Below are positions 60,607-64,000 of a DNA stretch of 64,000 nucleotides, one piece after another (position 1 is the stretch's first letter; each line of letters starts with the position of its first letter). This stretch comes from Oikopleura dioica (taxonomy: Eukaryota; Animalia; Chordata), in NCBI GenBank assembly GCA_907165135.1, contig OU015567.1, forward strand, positions 15,438,001-15,502,000, read 5' to 3'. The notes below the pieces were generated by a model. That model ran no database searches, was not told the origin of the DNA, and worked only from the letters and a program-made list of their open reading frames with translations. The position numbers were made by a program, and so were the translations under genes.

Positions 60607-63007
60607 TTATGAAGTCAGCCGGAAATCAGGAAGGTCTTCTTTGATGACTTCCTGATACATGCATCTGCAGATGAAGTGGTAGTCTTCTTTGGATTTGTGC
60701 AGACAAATCTGAACCTTTAAAAGAAACGAACTTCAGTAGATTGATTACCTTGCAATCCCTCGTAATAGGACGCACTTTGGCAAGAGGCAACTCAAGTGTT
60801 TTCGAATGATTTTGAACCAGATCCGCGAGGCTCTCCCACATTCCGTCAATTTCCTTCATTTCAGGAGTAATTGAGAATCCAAAGTTTCGCAAGGCTGTGA
60901 GATATCTGTAGCTGGCCAAGTAAATTGAGCAGACATTCGCGAGATAGTCTTGGCCTTCTTTGGCAAGAAGAACTTCTGTGAGGATGTCGGCTTCAGCTCC
61001 TTTGAAAACGTCGTGGGTGATTCTAAAGAAATAGCAATTTAGCCAACGACAACTGGTTGCTTTTTACCTGATGACTCGAAGGCATTCCTTGAGGAGGTTT
61101 TTCCAAACAGGCTCTGCTTTACTCAATAAAGATCGCCTCTTTGGAATTTTTACTTCTTTCTCTGGAGTTTCAACAACTTCGGATGCTTCGGCGGTTTCTT
61201 CGATTGGCTTTGGAAGTTGTTCTGATTCTTCAACAGAAACTGGAGGGATTTCGGAGTTACTTCTCGACTTAGACTCTTCGCTCTCATCGTTAGTAATGAT
61301 ATCCCAAGATGGCATGTTCTCGTTGTCCGGGCTTGAGATTTCTAGCTCCTCATTTTCGACGTCTTCAACTTCTTCCCCTTTCTGGTCAATTGAGCGATTT
61401 TGCGTCTCTTGCAAATCCGGAAGGTCTAAACTCAGCACTTGCGCCAATCTATCCTCCGTCGTTGGCGCTTCAATTGGTAGAACAGGTTCCGAAGGTGTTC
61501 CGAAGTCCAACCCAGCGAGCAGATCGAAATCAGACGAGACTGTTTTGGACATTTGAGAGTTTGGCAATTGCGCGATCGGAGAACTTGTATTGAACGATAA
61601 CGCGTACGGGTCGTAGATTGGCTCAGATGGGGAGGGCTTTTCTTTGGAAATCTGTTCGAATTTTCGAATATCGAGAGAGAGCACTTTTGGAACTTCAGGT
61701 TTTTGAAAACTGGCTCTGGAATGGTGGGCTCTTCGTTCTTTGCTTCTTCGAAATCGCCGAAATCATCATCGTCTTCCTCCTCATTATCATTCTTTTCAGC
61801 ATTCACAGGATGAGGTTGTTCTAGTACTGGAAGCTCTAGTTTTGGCAACTCTTCAGAGACACTTGGTCCAGAAATGTCCCTCAAAGCGGCATAAATATCT
61901 CCATTATTCGCTGGAGCGTTCATTTCTGCCTCTTGCTGGTGATTCTCTACGAAGCCACTTGGCATAGGCGCAGTCGGAATTGAAGCCATCGAGAAATCGA
62001 CTTCAGAAACGGGAATAACTGGAATGGGCGTAACGCTGTGTTCTGTTGTATTTTCTTGTTGATTTTGATCGCTTTTCTCTGTCGGGATTTGATTCTGATG
62101 AGACGGCTCTTTGTGAAAACTATCGATTGTAGGAGCAATATGGGAAGGAGTAATTGCTGGCGCCGCTGGCTGGGACTGTAATTCCCCAGTGGCTTCAGTG
62201 AAATCACCGAATTCATCATCATCATCGTCATCTTCGAAGTTTGCTTGGATTTGTTCTTGGGGCTGCTGCTGGGGCTGGGGTTGTTGAACTTGCGGCTCTG
62301 GTCGTTGAGAAAGATCTTTTTAGGCTCAAAATTTAACTGGAAGGAATGAAATATTTAAATTTTCAGAGTCATATTCGAGCCCTTCACGAAATCAAAAAAG
62401 TTAGGCACACAGGGGAAGTCCGAAATCGTCTGCAAACTGATTTGTGCTGAGTTGTTCTGCTGCCTTATCGCCACCAGGGCCATCGCGGCGAAAAATTCTA
62501 AAGCAGCTTTAGAAAAAGAATGAAGAGTTTACTGTTCACACTGACCTTGAAAGGTAAGCTGGCCGGGAAAGGTTTGGTTGCAGACGGACCAGATCTGACC
62601 AAGGACCTCTTGAGGAAGTCGTGAATGCACCAGAAGGGGAAATAACAGATTTGTATCGATACCTTGGCCGGAAAGAGTGCAGCTTACGTACTGCAGCACT
62701 AGAATTAACAGTTTTAGGCTATTTCATCTAAAAATAAGAGGATTAAGAATGAGGGGCCTGCCATTTTTAACCTATTTGCGTTGAAAACGAAAAAAAATAA
62801 ATAAAAAAAATTGGGTTTTTAGGTTAAAAAAGTTTGATTCTCGACCACCGACTCTTTGAAAGAGAAATTACCTTCGACATAAAAAGGTGGAATCTGATTA
62901 TTCTGAATCCACAAGATCTGCTGAACATTTTCTATCTTCCTAAATCTGGCTGCTCCAGCATTTCTCTTCAAGTCCAGGCTTTCTTGAAACTTCTTGTTGA
63001 GCTCCAT
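60607..63007 (-). CDS. SYNRG: Synergin-gamma (AP-1 accessory, EH domain); start approximate
   Basis: EH domain GIDTNLLFPLLVHSRLPQEVLGQIWSVCNQTFPGQLT..EFFAAMALVAI. Adaptin-ear motifs DDEFGDF and DDDFGDF. C-terminal VWKNLLKECLRVI...EIDGMWESL and C/H-containing end. Confidence 0.8.
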
Positions 63008-63512
63008 CTCCTCCTTCTTCTTATTGGCTCATTTTCTCTAGAATGCAGATGACCTTCCGGAAGGTCAGCCCTTGACCCCGGGTGAACTCTAGAACGGAGG
63101 AATATGAAAAGGGCAGAAAGGGAACTCTTGAACTGGGAAATGGACTTCAACGAGGCGGAAAAAGCGCCCCTCAGCGAGTTGAGTTGCCTACGCGAAAAAA
63201 GGCCAGAAATCGAAATCCAAAAGACCCAAAAGAGGGAAAAATACGAAAATCGACCCGTTGGAAGACCGGGAATTCGCAATTTGGAAGAAAAAGAGAAGAA
63301 TTATTTGAAGAAGAAAGAAATAATTCGAAATACATTCAATTTTGGTGAGATTTTTTGAGCTAATTCTGTAGTTACTCATCGATTAGCTGTTACTGACTTT
63401 CACAGTGAAAAGTTTTCGATTACCCAACTATCGATTCTTCTTTGGAATCGAATTTTTCTATTGAAAGTTTTTCACTAGAGATATCCCGTCTTCTTACTTT
63501 ACGCTGGGATCG

Positions 63513-63616
63513 GCAACCTGTGTAGAAAACCTGAGTCAGGATTTGCGGCTTCGTTTCTACCTGGCTTTTGTTTGAAGATCTTTCAGACCCTGACTAAGGT
63601 TTTCTGCACAGGTTGC
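63513..63616. mobile_element. Internally deleted copy of the CCTGACTCAGG fold-back family
   Basis: GCAACCTGTGTAGAAAACCTGAGTCAGG ... CCCTGACTAAGGTTTTCTGCACAGGTTGC. The right flank continues CCCAGACTG|TA. Confidence 0.65.
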
Positions 63617-63863
63617 TGAACCCAGACTGTAGGTTTATGCATAGAGACCGATTTAGCGGGATAGGCTATCCCGGATAGCCATATTTTATATGAAACGTCT
63701 GCTGTAAGTCTTCTTTCAGAAGATTGGCATTTAGCCAGGAGAGAGGGTTTTTTAAGTCTCCAAATAAAGAGCTCATTAATTTTTTCAAGCACTTTTCAAT
63801 TTGAATCTGAATCAGCTGAGCAAAAAACTAACAGACATTTTTAGAGAAGGAGAATTCGAGAAA

Positions 63864-64000
63864 ATGGGATATGATTTGTGCCTGTTTGAGGATGAAGATG
63901 TCGACGAAGAACTGATCTGTCCTATTTGCAGAGGAGTTTTAGGTAAACTTATCACCGTTTTTTTTCTTGGTTTTATTCTGTTTCAGAGGAGGCGACTTAT
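63864..64000 (+). CDS. RNF41: 5' end of RING E3 ligase, RNF41/NRDP1-like (partial)
   Basis: MGYDLCLFEDEDVDEELICPICRGVL|EEA across a GT-AG intron (cf. MGYDVTRFQGDVDEDLICPICSGVLEE). Confidence 0.75.
   Translation, partial: MGYDLCLFEDEDVDEELICPICRGVLGKLITVFFLGFILFQRRRL

Noticed and set aside
63082-63358. Purine-rich plus-strand ORFs upstream of SYNRG
   Set aside because: Two overlapping frames are open simply from low stop-codon content, with no motif or splice support.

Overview
Eukaryotic DNA from a very compact genome with mostly 35-60 nt introns, so the ORF track fragments every gene. An exact copy of the 40-nt Oikopleura dioica spliced-leader (SL) exon identifies it as appendicularian tunicate DNA, O. 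dioica or a very close relative. 0-31.6 kb is dense and operon-like: CLPTM1, CACNB, PGAP1, a highly divergent Axin preceded by a TCF/LEF-site cluster, PSMC3, an SUV39H-like methyltransferase, kinesin-6, an amidase, Jupiter/HN1 and RCC1L. 31.8-40 kb holds minus-strand accessory genes: SLC43, a K2P channel with a giant extracellular loop, and a decayed C-type lectin/EGF gene. 40.2-46.4 kb is a small-RNA cluster: a ~4.9 kb inverted duplication U2>5S>SL // SL<5S<U2 centred on a MITE, a third broken U2/variant-SL unit, and several nested MITEs, two with empty sites visible in the mirror arm. 46.4-54 kb is repeat-rich and gene-poor. The end carries a membrane-anchored truncated CILP-like gene, PPIG, synergin-gamma and the start of an RNF41-like gene. 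All calls come from manual reading and recalled family motifs, with no database searches. Exon boundaries and several start codons are approximate, and novelty relative to the literature was not checked.
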